The notes under the pieces were generated by a model that was not told the origin of the DNA, did not search any database, and saw nothing but the letters and a program-made list of their open reading frames with translations. A stretch of DNA of 64,000 nucleotides from Mytilus californianus (lineage: Eukaryota): assembly GCF_021869535.1 (NCBI RefSeq), contig NW_026262581.1:136772001-136836000 (forward strand), in the 5' to 3' direction. The position numbers were made by a program, and so were the translations under genes. The first letter of the stretch is position 1; every line of letters begins with the position of its first letter. This document shows, one piece after another, positions 50,632 to 64,000 of this stretch.

Positions 50632-50832
50632 TCATGAAGATGAAGATGAAGATTGTTCTACAAGTTCTGCTACATTATGAAGTCTACAAGCAATGTCTTT
50701 TTGTAAAGGCCTTTGTAAGGGATGAGCTAATAACTGTGACATCTGGTCGTAAAATTTAGTGGGATTTCTAGCCGCTTCAAATATGTAAGACATTCCTTTC
50801 TCATCAAAGTCACAAAGGCTGTCAAAAATCAT
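50632..50832 (-). CDS. BABAM1: BABAM1 last exon (...LLAHPLQRP...)
   Basis: CTCTGTAG acceptor; stop at 50634-50632; minus-strand AATAAA at 50572-50577 and 50541-50546. Confidence 0.94.
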   Translation of the reverse strand: MIFDSLCDFDEKGMSYIFEAARNPTKFYDQMSQLLAHPLQRPLQKDIACRLHNVAELVEQSSSSSS

Positions 50833-53800
50833 CTACAGAGTAAAATAAACAATTATGATGACATTTGATATGAAGTCTATACAAAATTGAATAGTGAATA
50901 GTCCAATTATTCTGTTTAAATATCTTTTTCATATATTATAATAATATCAGGAATATTGACATTTGGTGTTTTTGGGCTACTTTTTAAAGCATATTTAGGT
51001 TATTTAGCTCAAATATATTTGTATGTCTGTGGCTTTGTAAGTTCAGTGCGTTCTTGATTAAAGTAAAGTGTTTGATTGATTGATTTTTTGGTGTGACTCC
51101 ACCAAAATCCATGGCAGTATAATGAATTTGTTGATTGAAGCCATTATCTTGCAGAAGCAGATTATTACTTCAAATTTCTTTAATTTTGGCACAGCTATTT
51201 TCAAATGCTTCTTAGCTTTTTTGTGTCATTTTATTTTTTCTGTTAAAGATTATAGAAGTTTGATGCTTTGTGGGGTTTTTGTTTTTCAGTTCTATAGTTT
51301 ATCACTACTTTAATCTTTGAAAAATTGTGCATTTAATAATGAAATATGTGCCATTTCATGTATTATTTTTACATTTTGTTCAACATAAAAAAAATACTAA
51401 TTTTAGGGATTATAACTTGGAGAACTACCTTATTTTACTCAGTCGATTAATAACAAGAGCATTCATACCTCACATTTATTTTCTTCTGATGGAGCTTCAT
51501 GTATATACATCACATCAACAAAGAAATATGGAGAAGAATCAAGCTGTTTGAAAGACTGCAAAGAATAGAAATACATAAACAAAATAATATTTGATTGATT
51601 TCTGTTTTTATTTTGATCCAGTAGCAAATATATCACATAAACAAAAAGGAACAATGAAGGTTTTGTAAAGAAGGTAAGCTGGATGAAGGGCAGTAAATTT
51701 GGATATTTTGCTGGGTAATGGCAATTGCTTTTGTTTTGTTCACCTACTCAGTCCCACTGAACACTCAAAAAGTTCACGTCTTCTTTTAAAAGTAGAGATT
51801 GCCTCTCCAAACATTGGGCATTATATCTTATGTCCCTATTCTGACCATATAATTTTTTTAATTAGACAGAAACCAAACCACAAATATAACCAAAAGACAT
51901 CCAGAGGTCAACACACTGTCAACAATAGAGAGTTGCTAATTCAATATGTCAAACTTTAAATGACTCCAAGTATAAAAAAGTTTAATTTAACATAGACTAT
52001 CAAAGACCTGATTTCAGCACCAAATTCTCCAAACGACAATAAACAATGAGATGTAACAAATTCCCCTAACGACAATAAACAATGAGATGTAACAAATTCC
52101 CCAAACGACAATAAACAATGAGATGTAACAAAAGACAATCGGACTTAATGCAGACACAAAAACATGAACAACTAATTATTAGGTTCCAGTGCAGACATAA
52201 ACGCGTGGCAGGGCTACACCTTTTTTTCAAACCTCAGCCCTTCCCCAATGAAATCACACGGGGAACATACAAGTATGCATAATAAAAATCAAGGAAAAGT
52301 ACTGGTACTATACTCAGTAAAAAGGTATTACAAATGAAAAAAACACAAGTACAAGCAAAAAATAATAATTAAGACTGGCACAGATTCTAATATGAAACTA
52401 TGCTGTCATTAACTGTAATATTGGGAGCTGTACTTCAGCGTAGATTTCATTCAGCAATATTGTATTCTACAGAATAGAACGACAAAATGTTTCTGCAATG
52501 TTAGGATTTGCCTGTTTAAATACTTTAAGTCTCTTCTTTGCTGGATAAAACATTTATGACAGAATGACTAAAAATAAGTGCATAATGGTTAAATATATTT
52601 TCGTACCTCTTTTTTTCTGAATTCTATTGGACAATGTGATCTGCCATAAATCATTAAAACGCGAACAATATATGGTGGTGGTGTAACAGAAACATCTCCT
52701 TCCACTGCAGGTAATTCTAATCTGTTCAACCTAAAAATATATATATGTATCTAAATTATAGTCACTACTTAACTGTCATTTCACATATAAATGATAGATA
52801 ATAAAAAAATTGGGACATTTTACATTGTTACATACATTTCTTTGAAATTTTGCAAACTGAAAATAAATCAAGTGATAATTCCAAGCCATATCAACCTGAA
52901 TCACGTAGAAATTAAACTTAAATATCAAATTTATTTGTTGTTTTCTGATTTTCCTATTGAAATGGCACAAAAAGGACAATACTGCCTAATAAAATCACAA
53001 TATATTTTGAACAAGCGGGACATTGTCTTATTCTGTTTTGAAACTTTTTTGCATGTTTAACTATGGGCATTCAAGTTAATCAAAGTAACTAACAGGAGAT
53101 TTCCAAAATTTTGAACTGAAAATGAAATAGCAATCATGCCACTCAGCTAGACATGTAAGTCATGCTGATCCAATTGTTCTAGGAATGTTTTGGTTAAATG
53201 AAAGAATAGTAGCAATGAAGTAACATTCATGAACATCTGGAGTTTCTCTCAGATATAGACCTATATGTTGACTTAATCATAATCCCTCAAGCTACAATGG
53301 AGGACCTTTTAAAATTAATTCCAAGACTTGTAGGCAAAAATGTCTAAAGAAGTAGGAAAACATTATCTCAGATCTGTTTAAATAAAGTGTCTCCATCAGG
53401 AAATGGTTAAATTTTTAACATTAAACTCTACAGGAATTTTAAAATCTGAAACTCCAAATTCACTACAGATGACAAAAAACAATAAGAGTCCCATTCTTCA
53501 CTTTTACAGCAAATGTACAGTGTTAAAGGTCATGTTAACAACCAAGATTGACTCTGTCTTCGAGTGGTTAAAGTAGAACTCCACAGTTAGGTGTGTAGTT
53601 TCACATTTTGGCCCCTGTGGATTTTTTAAATATGAAAGCTAATGTGCAATAAAATACATTTTTGAATAGCTGAAGATTAATATAGCCTTCATTGGGGTTT
53701 AATAGGAACATCAAGGTTGTGTAATCTATGTATTATGGGCTGTTTTCTGTATGACAGTCTGTATTTTCATATCCATACGAGACATTGGTCTGGAAATTAT

Positions 53801-56800
53801 TGTAATGTTTTTTTTCCAACTTTTTGTCGCACGAACTTAGTGATTAAATTTTATGAAAAAATGAGGCGAAAGACACCCAATCTTTATTAAATCATTTGGT
53901 AGATTAATGTCAATAGTTTCAGAAAAGATACCACTCAAAGAGATTGAAATTCTAGTTTGAACCAAATTTTGAGGGAATATGTGACATTTTCATGCCCCTT
54001 TTTGCAATATTTTATGGTAAATAAATGCAGAATGTTGCCATGGATACACAAAAAAGGAATTATATTTCACCATTTTAACTTTTGAAAATCAAATCTAAGG
54101 AAGATACTGATTACATACGTATGCACATGTATGACACAAACAGTTGGCTTAATGTATTTAGAAAGCCAGGAATAGAAGATGATCAAACATTTTGTGGTTA
54201 AATTCTAATTTTATTGTCTAACTATGGAGTGCTATCTAAATATTTAGCGTACTTACAAAACATCAAATAATGATGATGCATCAAATGTTTCACAGGCGAT
54301 TGTATCTAATAATATCTCATCTTCGAAGAACGACAGAATTTCTTTTGGATTTGATGTAAAATCTCTCACCTGAAAAATATAAGAATAAATATTTTGTACA
54401 CATTGACATATTTCAAATATTTCTGTTTTGAATGCTTACTGTTAATTTAGAAATCATTGCATGCAATTATGAGTTGCAATTGACGATCAACAGATAAAAG
54501 TCAATGTGATTTCAGAAAATGCTGCAAACAAATATATGACCAGAATCAACAATGCAAGTTCTAAGTAATGGAATACTGCATCTAGTGAATGCTTTGCAAT
54601 AATAAAAACAATGCAAACATTTCTGAATTTATGGTCTATGCAGATTTTATAGGAATTCATATGACTATGACTGACAAAGAAATCCTCAGTGTATATTATA
54701 TGGTGAACATATTCCATGGCACTGTATAACTTTTAAAAAAATCACATCTGTCCATGGCACTGTATACACTTTTAAAAAAATCACATCTGAGGTAGTTTTT
54801 TTTTTCTTCATATTGAAGCTGTGAGTCACATTGTGTATTTTTGTCTTTTTAATTTGTTTGGATAAGGTAAGCATGAAAATTACAATTAATATACATTTTT
54901 GGGATTGAGTGATTTTTTTCTTTCTAAAATAATAGATGTTTCTGTGTTTTGAAGTGAAAATTTCAGTTCAATTAATTTATGTTAAATATAATATTTGTGT
55001 TGGGTTCTTAAGATAGAGAAATTGAAAAATACTTTTTGATATCAAAAAGTATCTAGCATACCAAAAGATTAAATGAAATCAAAAGATTTGCAAAACTTAC
55101 ACATTTCACACAGATAAATTTGCTTTTTCTTGGCAAATAAAATGTATGTCCCTCCAAGGGGAAATAACTCATACAAATGAATCTCTTATTACAGAATAAA
55201 TTACAGAATTGGCATTTAAAATTGAGAATGGAAATGGGGAATGAGTCAAAGAGACAACAACCCGACCAAACAGCCGACGACCACCAATGGGTCTTCAACA
55301 CAGCGAGAAAATCCCACATCCATGGCGGGCTTCAGCTGGCCACTATACAAAATGTGTACTAGTTCAATGAAAATGGACGTTTCACTAAACTCCAAAACAT
55401 ATAAATGAACTAAAATTAAAAAAGACTATTCAGACTATTGAGAACAGGTAATTTTTTATTTTAGCAATAATAAGCTTCTTACCCATTTTGCTGAGTTATG
55501 TAGAATGACTAGAGAATATTCATGTAACTTATTTATTCTTGATTTACTATGAAGAAAAAATCCTAAGGCTCTTTTTACCAGTTTAAGAGGTGTCCATTTA
55601 TCACTGAAAAATAAAAAATAACAACAATGAAATCCTGCTTATTATAAATTATTTAAAATTCATATAAAAAACTTATCAGAAACAAAAAAAGTATAACCAC
55701 CAATGTTAAATTGTTTCCACGGAAACTGTTTTGAAAAATCTTTCCTCAAAACAAGCAAGTATATATGAACATACAGAGCCTGAAATTCATTGGTTGTCGT
55801 TTGTTGCTGTGTATCATATTTGTTTTTCATCCATTATTTTGTACATAAATCAGGCTGTTAGTTTTCTCGTTTGAATTGTTTTACATTTGTCATTTCGGGG
55901 CCTTTTATAGCTGACTATGCAGTATGGGTTTTACACATTGTTGAAGGCTGTATGGTGACCTATAGTTGTCTCATTGGCAATCATACAACATCTTCTTATT
56001 TTTATATTGAATATTTAAAAAAATATACCATATCAAAAGTTTATTACTTTTATTCCCTTTTTTCTGATAGTTAAAAGCCAATATGTGAAATTTAAAATAT
56101 GTTAACTTACCTACCAAGTTCAGGATCTAATGTCAAAGCTGATATATACCAACTCAATTCTGAACCTATAGACTAACTGTCAACTTGGATGGACAGTTGT
56201 CTCATTGGCACTCATACCACATCTTCTTATATCTATATACCTTTACAACAGAATCAAGTGCTGTGTGTTAAACTGATTTCCAAGTTCTAGATCTAAAAGC
56301 AAAAGGTAATTGGTACTTACCTAGCCCTAACATCAAACATCAAAGCTAATATATACCCGAACATTTCTAGGTCAAAATGTTTAAGTTGATACCAGTATAT
56401 ACTTACACTGCACTAGATCAAAGTGTCTAAACTGACCAGTACCTACTCAGTTCTAAGGTGACCCATACCTAAGCAGCTCTAGATCTTACTGTCAAAACTG
56501 CTTAATACCTTACTCAGCTCTGAATATATGTATAATTGCTGCTATATATCAATCCAGCTCCAGATATAAATATTAAAGCTGATAAATACAGACCTAGCTC
56601 TTGATCTAAATGTCAAAGATAAATCAAACCAACTCAACTATGATTTCCTGATGATACAGTGTCCTACAAATACTAACTTCTACGTCATTTGGTCTTTGGT
56701 GGATAATTGTCTCATTGGCAATTATACCACATCTTCTTATTTTTTTTCTGAATCTAATTGTAAAAGCTAATATACCTACCCAGCTCTAGATCTAAATGTC

Positions 56801-58688
56801 ACTTTGTCCATTTCTGAACTGAGGTCTACACATATCACCTGTGTTAAGTAAGAAAAAACACTATTAAAAAATCAAATAAATCTCAAGAAACTTCCAAAAA
56901 TTCTAGAATGCATAGTTTGTACATAAACATAACTTTACAATTGCTATTGTCCTGTTAGGTTAATGATTTTTAGCCACATTACCTTTAATGGAACAACAAT
57001 GAATGCAATACTTAAATAAAATATTGCTACTTAATAAGTTACAACTATGAATTATTATCTTTGAACACCCAAATAATTATTGCATATAATTAGTTTTAAT
57101 TTTGAAGACTTGTCCTATGAAAGTGTTGATTCATGCTAAATATTAACAGTTTCTTAAGTTCTGTTCCCTCTGTAATTGAATTTTCCAAGGATTTGTATAG
57201 TAAGACAATACTTACTATACAAATCCTTGAATTTTCCAAATAAATAAATTTATCTCAACATATTGTATAAACAAATGATAAACACATGTCTTTTCATGAA
57301 GACCTTATCTTGACAAATGTGTTGTCTGTTTGCTGTTTCATTGACATATACCCTAAAAAACCTTTTATTTTAAGGTGTCATATTGTAAAGTTGAATATGT
57401 TCAATCATTATTGTTATATATATATATCTTTATTCTCAAACAGCCATTGCATAACATCGGTACAGAGATACAATAACATTTGAAACAAAAAAGAAAAACA
57501 CAAAATTTACAATATACAAATCTACATGCATATACAACTAACAATTATAATTATGAAACATACAGAAAAAATAAAGAATATAAGAGTTACAAGCCAGGAA
57601 GACACACACAAGTATTTACATGTTTGATATATATATGTGCAAAGTTTCTTTAAAACTTCCTTGCGATTACTGGACATTAGTTTCTGAAATGTATTTGCAT
57701 TAATATGCCTTTTTGTGAAATAAGTATTTATACAATATTTATGCTTCTCAGCTAAAAAATTGCATTAAAAAATATAGTGGTACTTGTCACCAACTTGACT
57801 GTTAGATCATAAATTGTTCCAGAGCATTATTATTGCTTGGGGTTCATAGAAGTGAACACAGGGTCACATTATTGTATCCACCCGTCACATAAAAGCTGTC
57901 CCAAATTAAAATTGCTATTACACCATCATTTTTTCAAACTCCATATTCTGGATACTTATATCAAACAATTTTGTTTTCATTTACCTTCTGTTCCTGAAAT
58001 TTAGATTACATGGAACTGGCACCTTGAGAATTAACACAAATGAATGACAAAGCCAAATATGTTAATACTTTAAAAATGAATTTAGGTTCAGCAGTTTATT
58101 TGTGTTAGGTTTATTAAAAAATAAACTGCTAATCTTTAAGAATGTGCTCCTTATAAGCACAAAAATAGAGAAAATATAGTAGATTTTACAGGCGGATATC
58201 TATAGGAATGATCGACATAGCACTAAAGACAAGTTTCCAGTTCATTTTTTTTTAATGAGTTTCGTCTGATGACCCGACACCAATCAGCGTAAATGATGTC
58301 ATTAAACAATTGACTCTTACTGTGAAGCATATTAACAATAGCATTATGACATAGAAAATGTACGGGAAAATAAATTAATGTGAAAGTACTCTATTTCTCT
58401 TTAAAATAGATGCTCATGAATGCAAATACTAACTATTTTTTCTCTACAGTTTATTCTTGGGTATGACATTATGATTTGTTCATTTGCTGATTGTGACAGC
58501 TTTGATTGGTCATTTGTCAAAACTTTTTCATGTTGATCATTTTGGGCCATTTTGGAAGCACAGGGTGGGTCGTCTATAACATCATATTCGTGAATCACAG
58601 AAGAAACAATGTTTGATATTCTTTCTTTCTCTGTTTCATCAGATCTATTATCTTTTGACTTGTTATTAGATAACCAAGCATTATTCAT
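50632..58688 (-). CDS. BABAM1: BRISC and BRCA1-A complex member 1 (MERIT40/NBA1), 319 aa
   Basis: complement(join(50632..50832,51469..51555,52607..52730,54257..54369,55483..55603,56780..56838,58434..58688)) = 960 nt. Motifs PRINCREKIVICVDLSSEM, PPPYIVRVLMIYGRSHC, PYFFVDVMYIH and LLAHPLQRP match the MERIT40 vWA-like domain. An acceptor at 58710-58709 and an in-frame upstream stop imply a non-coding first exon further upstream. Confidence 0.94.
51469..51555 (-). CDS. BABAM1: BABAM1 exon (SFKQLDSSPYFFVDVMYIHEAPSEENKCE)
   Basis: AG/GT flanked. Confidence 0.94.
52022..52131. repeat. 36-bp tandem repeat x3 (BABAM1 intron)
   Basis: AAATTCCCCAAACGACAATAAACAATGAGATGTAAC. Confidence 0.9.
52607..52730 (-). 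CDS. BABAM1: BABAM1 exon (LNRLELP...PPPYIVR...FRKKE)
   Basis: AG/GT flanked. Confidence 0.94.
54257..54369 (-). CDS. BABAM1: BABAM1 exon (VRDFTSNPKE...SSLFDV)
   Basis: AG/GT flanked. Confidence 0.92.
54713..54790. repeat. 38-bp tandem duplication
   Basis: TCCATGGCAC at 54713 and 54751. Confidence 0.85.
55483..55603 (-). CDS. BABAM1: BABAM1 exon (DKWTPLKLV...HEYSLVILHNSAKW)
   Basis: AG/GT flanked. Confidence 0.92.
56100..56800. repeat. Degenerate 41-43-bp tandem array derived from the BABAM1 exon/donor junction
   Basis: About a dozen diverged copies of AAAGCTAATATACCTACCCAGCTCTAGATCTAAATGTC. Confidence 0.75.
56780..56838 (-). CDS. BABAM1: BABAM1 exon (VICVDLSSEMDKVTFRSRA)
   Basis: ACACAG acceptor, GTAGGT donor; phases fit both neighbours. 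Confidence 0.92.
57186..57229. other. Perfect 19-bp inverted repeat, 6-nt loop
   Basis: CAAGGATTTGTATAGTAAG-ACAATA-CTTACTATACAAATCCTTG. Confidence 0.95.
58434..58688 (-). CDS. BABAM1: BABAM1 first coding exon
   Basis: Low-complexity N terminus ending in YPRINCREKI; GTTAGT donor. Confidence 0.88.
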
Positions 58689-60574
58689 AATTCAGTGGAA
58701 ATATTCTTCTACAGAAGATGCATCTTTTTGGTATTAGGCTTGGCCTTTTGAGTAAAAGAAAGATTATAAAGCATTTATGTAAAATATATATCTATCTGCC
58801 AGAAATCATATACAAATTATTTTTTCTTCAGTATCATAATTTTTTATTAATAAAAAATTATCAATTTCGAAATAAAATATTAGACTTGAGACCAATAATA
58901 ACCTGTCTAAAAAGTCTTTCATTTATTCATAACCATTATTGACATGTCGCACATCAAAGAATACACAAAAATCATGAGGTTTTATTAATAACAAGATATT
59001 TATGATTTCTTTTAAGTATATTACATGTTAACATAACCCAATAAGCGCAGTATAGCTATTCAACATCATAATTATGGTTAAACAATGATCGTACTGCAAA
59101 CTGAGGTCTAGTCTTCTTTTACATGTTTAAATTTGTTTTATGACCAAATAATTTACCTGGATATAAAAAAATCACAATTCGGCTTTATTTACTTAAAATC
59201 GAGAATTTAAAAACAATGACGAAAAGATTTATATTCTAGTCTATTGAAATGAAATCAAAAGGGTAATTTACCCACATATGGTTAGCTCAGATAAGTCAAA
59301 CTCCTACAAATGTTATACCTGCCAACGTATGTATGTAGGTAAGAAGATCCCTCTGTGATTCGGAATTCCCTGGATTGCTGCGAGGGTACAGGGGAGTTGG
59401 TGTACACTCCCTATCAGGATTAATGGAGATGTGTCACTAACTTATATGCAACCCACGTCCCACAACCAGGTCAATCCCTAACCGCACACAGAGGGAGTGT
59501 TAGAACACGGCGAAGTCTGTTATAAAGGTAGAGGAAGCTAAATTACTTGGATAGAACCACTGGAGTCCTTGGTGGGAAAAGATAAACTGAAGAGATATCT
59601 ATTGATCAATCTCCAGGTTAAGTTTGGGGCCACTTTGACCAACAGAGGCCCTCAAAGTACCCATTCTAGTTTAACCTGCGGTCTGGGTACCCACATGATA
59701 TAGGCTTGCTGTGGAATTGTAGCTCTCATGGTCCTTGTAATTTTTTTTTACAATTTGGGGACCATGTGGTCGCTCATATCAGAAAACATAATAAGGACCA
59801 ATAGAGTTGCGGTTTCGGCAGCTAGATTAAGGTGTGCACTACACAAGTTAGACCCCTTGTCCTGTTACATAACGATACAGTAAATTACATGCCTTTTGCA
59901 AAGTTGATGTGAAGGTGGCATGAATGAGGTTTCAAAGCATGCAAGAACTGCTCGACTTCGTAATCAAAAGTCATTCACAGTCTCAGAACACTTCCAAATC
60001 TTTCTCTCTTCTTCTTATTCAACAAGGGAGAGACTACTGTATTTATAATATAGGGATTTCCATGGGACAAGAAAGATTTGTTCGTATAGAGTATTTTGTT
60101 GCTATGAAATGATTTCTTTTACTATGTTTACTGTATTTTGAAGTTTCTGAGTAGTTCAGGTAAAATATCAGACATATATTATTTGATTAAATTAAACTTA
60201 AAATTATTATAGTTTATTGGTTTTGCATCCTTTGCATTGTCAATTAGTCTTAATGCCATTGTCATATTTCAAGCTCATAGATTTACAATGTAATTGTGAC
60301 ACAGGTGAAGACCTACAAGAAACAAATTTTATTCATCTCTCAAATAAGATTGAAAGGTATTTTGCTTGTATCCAATAGTGTTGTTGCTTATAGGCCCTGT
60401 AACATTATCTTTGTTGTTAAACGACAACCAGTTTTTAGCCTAGTTTTTAAAATGTGCAAAAATAATATTGATATACCATGTTTCGTGATGCCATTCAAAC
60501 TTCAGGATCTGATATGATTTGTCTCGAACACCATGCAAAGCAAAATGTAAAAAAACCATGACAGTGTAAATATG

Positions 60575-60807
60575 TCACTTTTACCGTTCTAGAGTTACAC
60601 CCCTTTACAAATGGAAAAATTGCTGAATTTTTCGTTTCTGTTCAATTCTATAACTTAAGTTTGCCTCAACCAAATGTTATGAAACAGATACCCAATGCTT
60701 ATTACCACAAAACTCAGCATCAAGTACGAATTTGGGTAGCTTCACTTTTACCGTTCTTGAGTTATGTCCCTTTATAACGTTATATGCAATCGAGGGCATC
60801 ATCTGAT
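60575..60807 (-). mobile_element. HINE family A fragment between 118-bp direct repeats
   Basis: Reverse complement of the family-A 5' region and core; 60457-60574 is repeated at 60808-60925. Confidence 0.8.
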
Positions 60808-61116
60808 CAAAAATAATATTGATATACCATGTTTCGTGATGCCATTCAAACTTCAGTATCTGATATGATTTGTCTGGAACACCATGTAAAGCAAAATGTA
60901 AAAAAACCATGACAGTGTAAATATGGAGACTACAGGTACTTTACAGTCAGGGGCATCTCTTAAACATGTGACTTTCAAAATTACCTATACAAGGTATGTT
61001 GAAAATGAGGCTCACTTAAATATTGCTTGTATTATAAGTTTCTTTTGTAAATTTCGTTTGCATAGGTGTCCATTCACACAGACTTTACTACCTTAAACAA
61101 ATATTCTCGTACATCT

Positions 61117-61387
61117 GGGGGGCCTAGGTGGCCGAGTGGTCTAAGTAGTTACTACTGTAATCACTAGCCAGTCAACACTGAGGTTGTGAGTTCGAACCCC
61201 CCTCGTGCGGGTGCACTCGACTCCAATCCTAATTGACTAGGATTGTCAGTTTTCGTATCGAAGGTCTGTGGTTTTCTCCGGGCACTCCGGCTTCCTCCAC
61301 AAATAAAAACTGGCCGCCACGAAATAGCCCAAAAGCGGTGCTTAAAAGTGGCGTTAAAACATCAAAAATCAAATCAAAATCAAATCT
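61117..61387 (+). mobile_element. Full-length tRNA-derived SINE with V-domain-like core
   Basis: A box TGGCCGAGTGG (61129-61139), B box GAGTTCGAACC (61188-61198), GGTTTTCTCCGGGCACTCCGGCTTCCTCC core, (AAATC)n tail, TSD TACATCT (61110-61116 / 61388-61394). Confidence 0.9.
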
Positions 61388-62244
61388 TACATCTGGTCAT
61401 TTTTCCCATCAAGAATAAAAACTTATCCTCCTGAAACACTAATTGCATTCCAGACACACTTATATTTAATATTGGTGCTTCTGGGTACAAGATTGGTCAT
61501 ATGGGACTATTTAATATCATTTTCCTTAGAAATCCAGAAGGTAGACATGGTAGACAGATAACAATAGATAGAAACCTGTGATTTAATTGAGACTTTAAGT
61601 TAACTTAAAGTCGAAAACAATAACAATAAATCATTTTAATTATTTCAAAGATGTAGAAAATAACTTATCGAAGTAATATTTTTGTCATTACTTTTAATGA
61701 AACCTTTTATCTATATACTCCTCTCAATTTTAATTGATTCTAAATTATATGTGATAAAGTAATGTGAAAAATTTAATGAAAACTTCATGTACACGTAGTC
61801 CATGCTTCTAGTGAAATTTGAAAATTTCAAATAACTCTTTCAAGTAATTTTTCATAAAAAAAAATATGTTTATAGGCAATTGAAAAAAATAACTTGTTTA
61901 AGTAGCACCTGTTGCTGTTTTAGGTACAACAATGTAGGTTAGTGACAACATTAAATCTTTTTACTTTTCCATGTGGTACCCTTCTTTAAAATGTAACTAT
62001 CACTTGTAATAAGGGCCTTTATAGAGTATAGGATTTAATAAAGATGAGGAGGGGGTCAGCATGGTCAGACCATACTTCAAAAATCATAAATTGGATGATC
62101 TGTAAATGTAATAGACATGCTCACTGAACTGACAACAAAGTATGTACATTTGAAATTAGAAACACTGCATGTCTTAACACTGTAATTATGCCATGCATTC
62201 CTTGTTTTGATAGTTGTTGATGAACAGTATTGGAATATAAGTGA

Positions 62245-64000
<1,756 letters not shown>

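Noticed and set aside
58257-58292. Hammerhead ribozyme (GTTTCGTC and CTGATGA nearby)
   Set aside because: Core motifs are on opposite strands or in the wrong order; no valid three-stem fold.
59476-59483. Telomerase RNA (CCCTAACC template-like)
   Set aside because: No pseudoknot, P6.1 or H/ACA end could be identified; an 8-mer match is weak.
59157-60159. Non-coding first exons of BABAM1 (donor near 59156) and TMEM259 (donor near 60160)
   Set aside because: Donor-like motifs are plausible but cannot be distinguished from chance without transcript data.
61117-61205. tRNA gene
   Set aside because: A and B boxes continue into a SINE core, tail and TSD; no cloverleaf acceptor stem found.

Overview
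AT-rich animal genomic DNA, probably a bivalve (Mytilus-like; inferred from the repeat families, not proven). Four spliced protein-coding genes can be fully or partly reconstructed with GT-AG sites and continuous frames: VCP/p97/TER94 (minus, 30203->5084, 18 exons per isoform, 801 aa), LEPROT/Vps55-family (plus, 37287->45172, 128 aa), BABAM1/MERIT40 (minus, 58688->50632, 319 aa) and TMEM259/membralin (plus, from 62260, runs off the window). Introns and intergenic DNA are filled with Helentron-type non-autonomous elements (often nested), TA- and hAT-type MITEs, SINEs, degenerate LINE and Penelope remnants, and minisatellites. Two findings stand out. (1) LEPROT apparently needs a ONE-nucleotide exon (C40277, in ...TTGTAG|C|GTAAGT...) to join the conserved MAGIR first exon to exon 2 in frame. 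(2) VCP has a duplicated 85-nt exon pair, both copies under purifying selection and probably mutually exclusive, encoding the D2 Walker B and pore-loop-2 region. Exon-donor junctions have also been tandemly amplified in both VCP and BABAM1. All calls are from manual reading; no database search was run.
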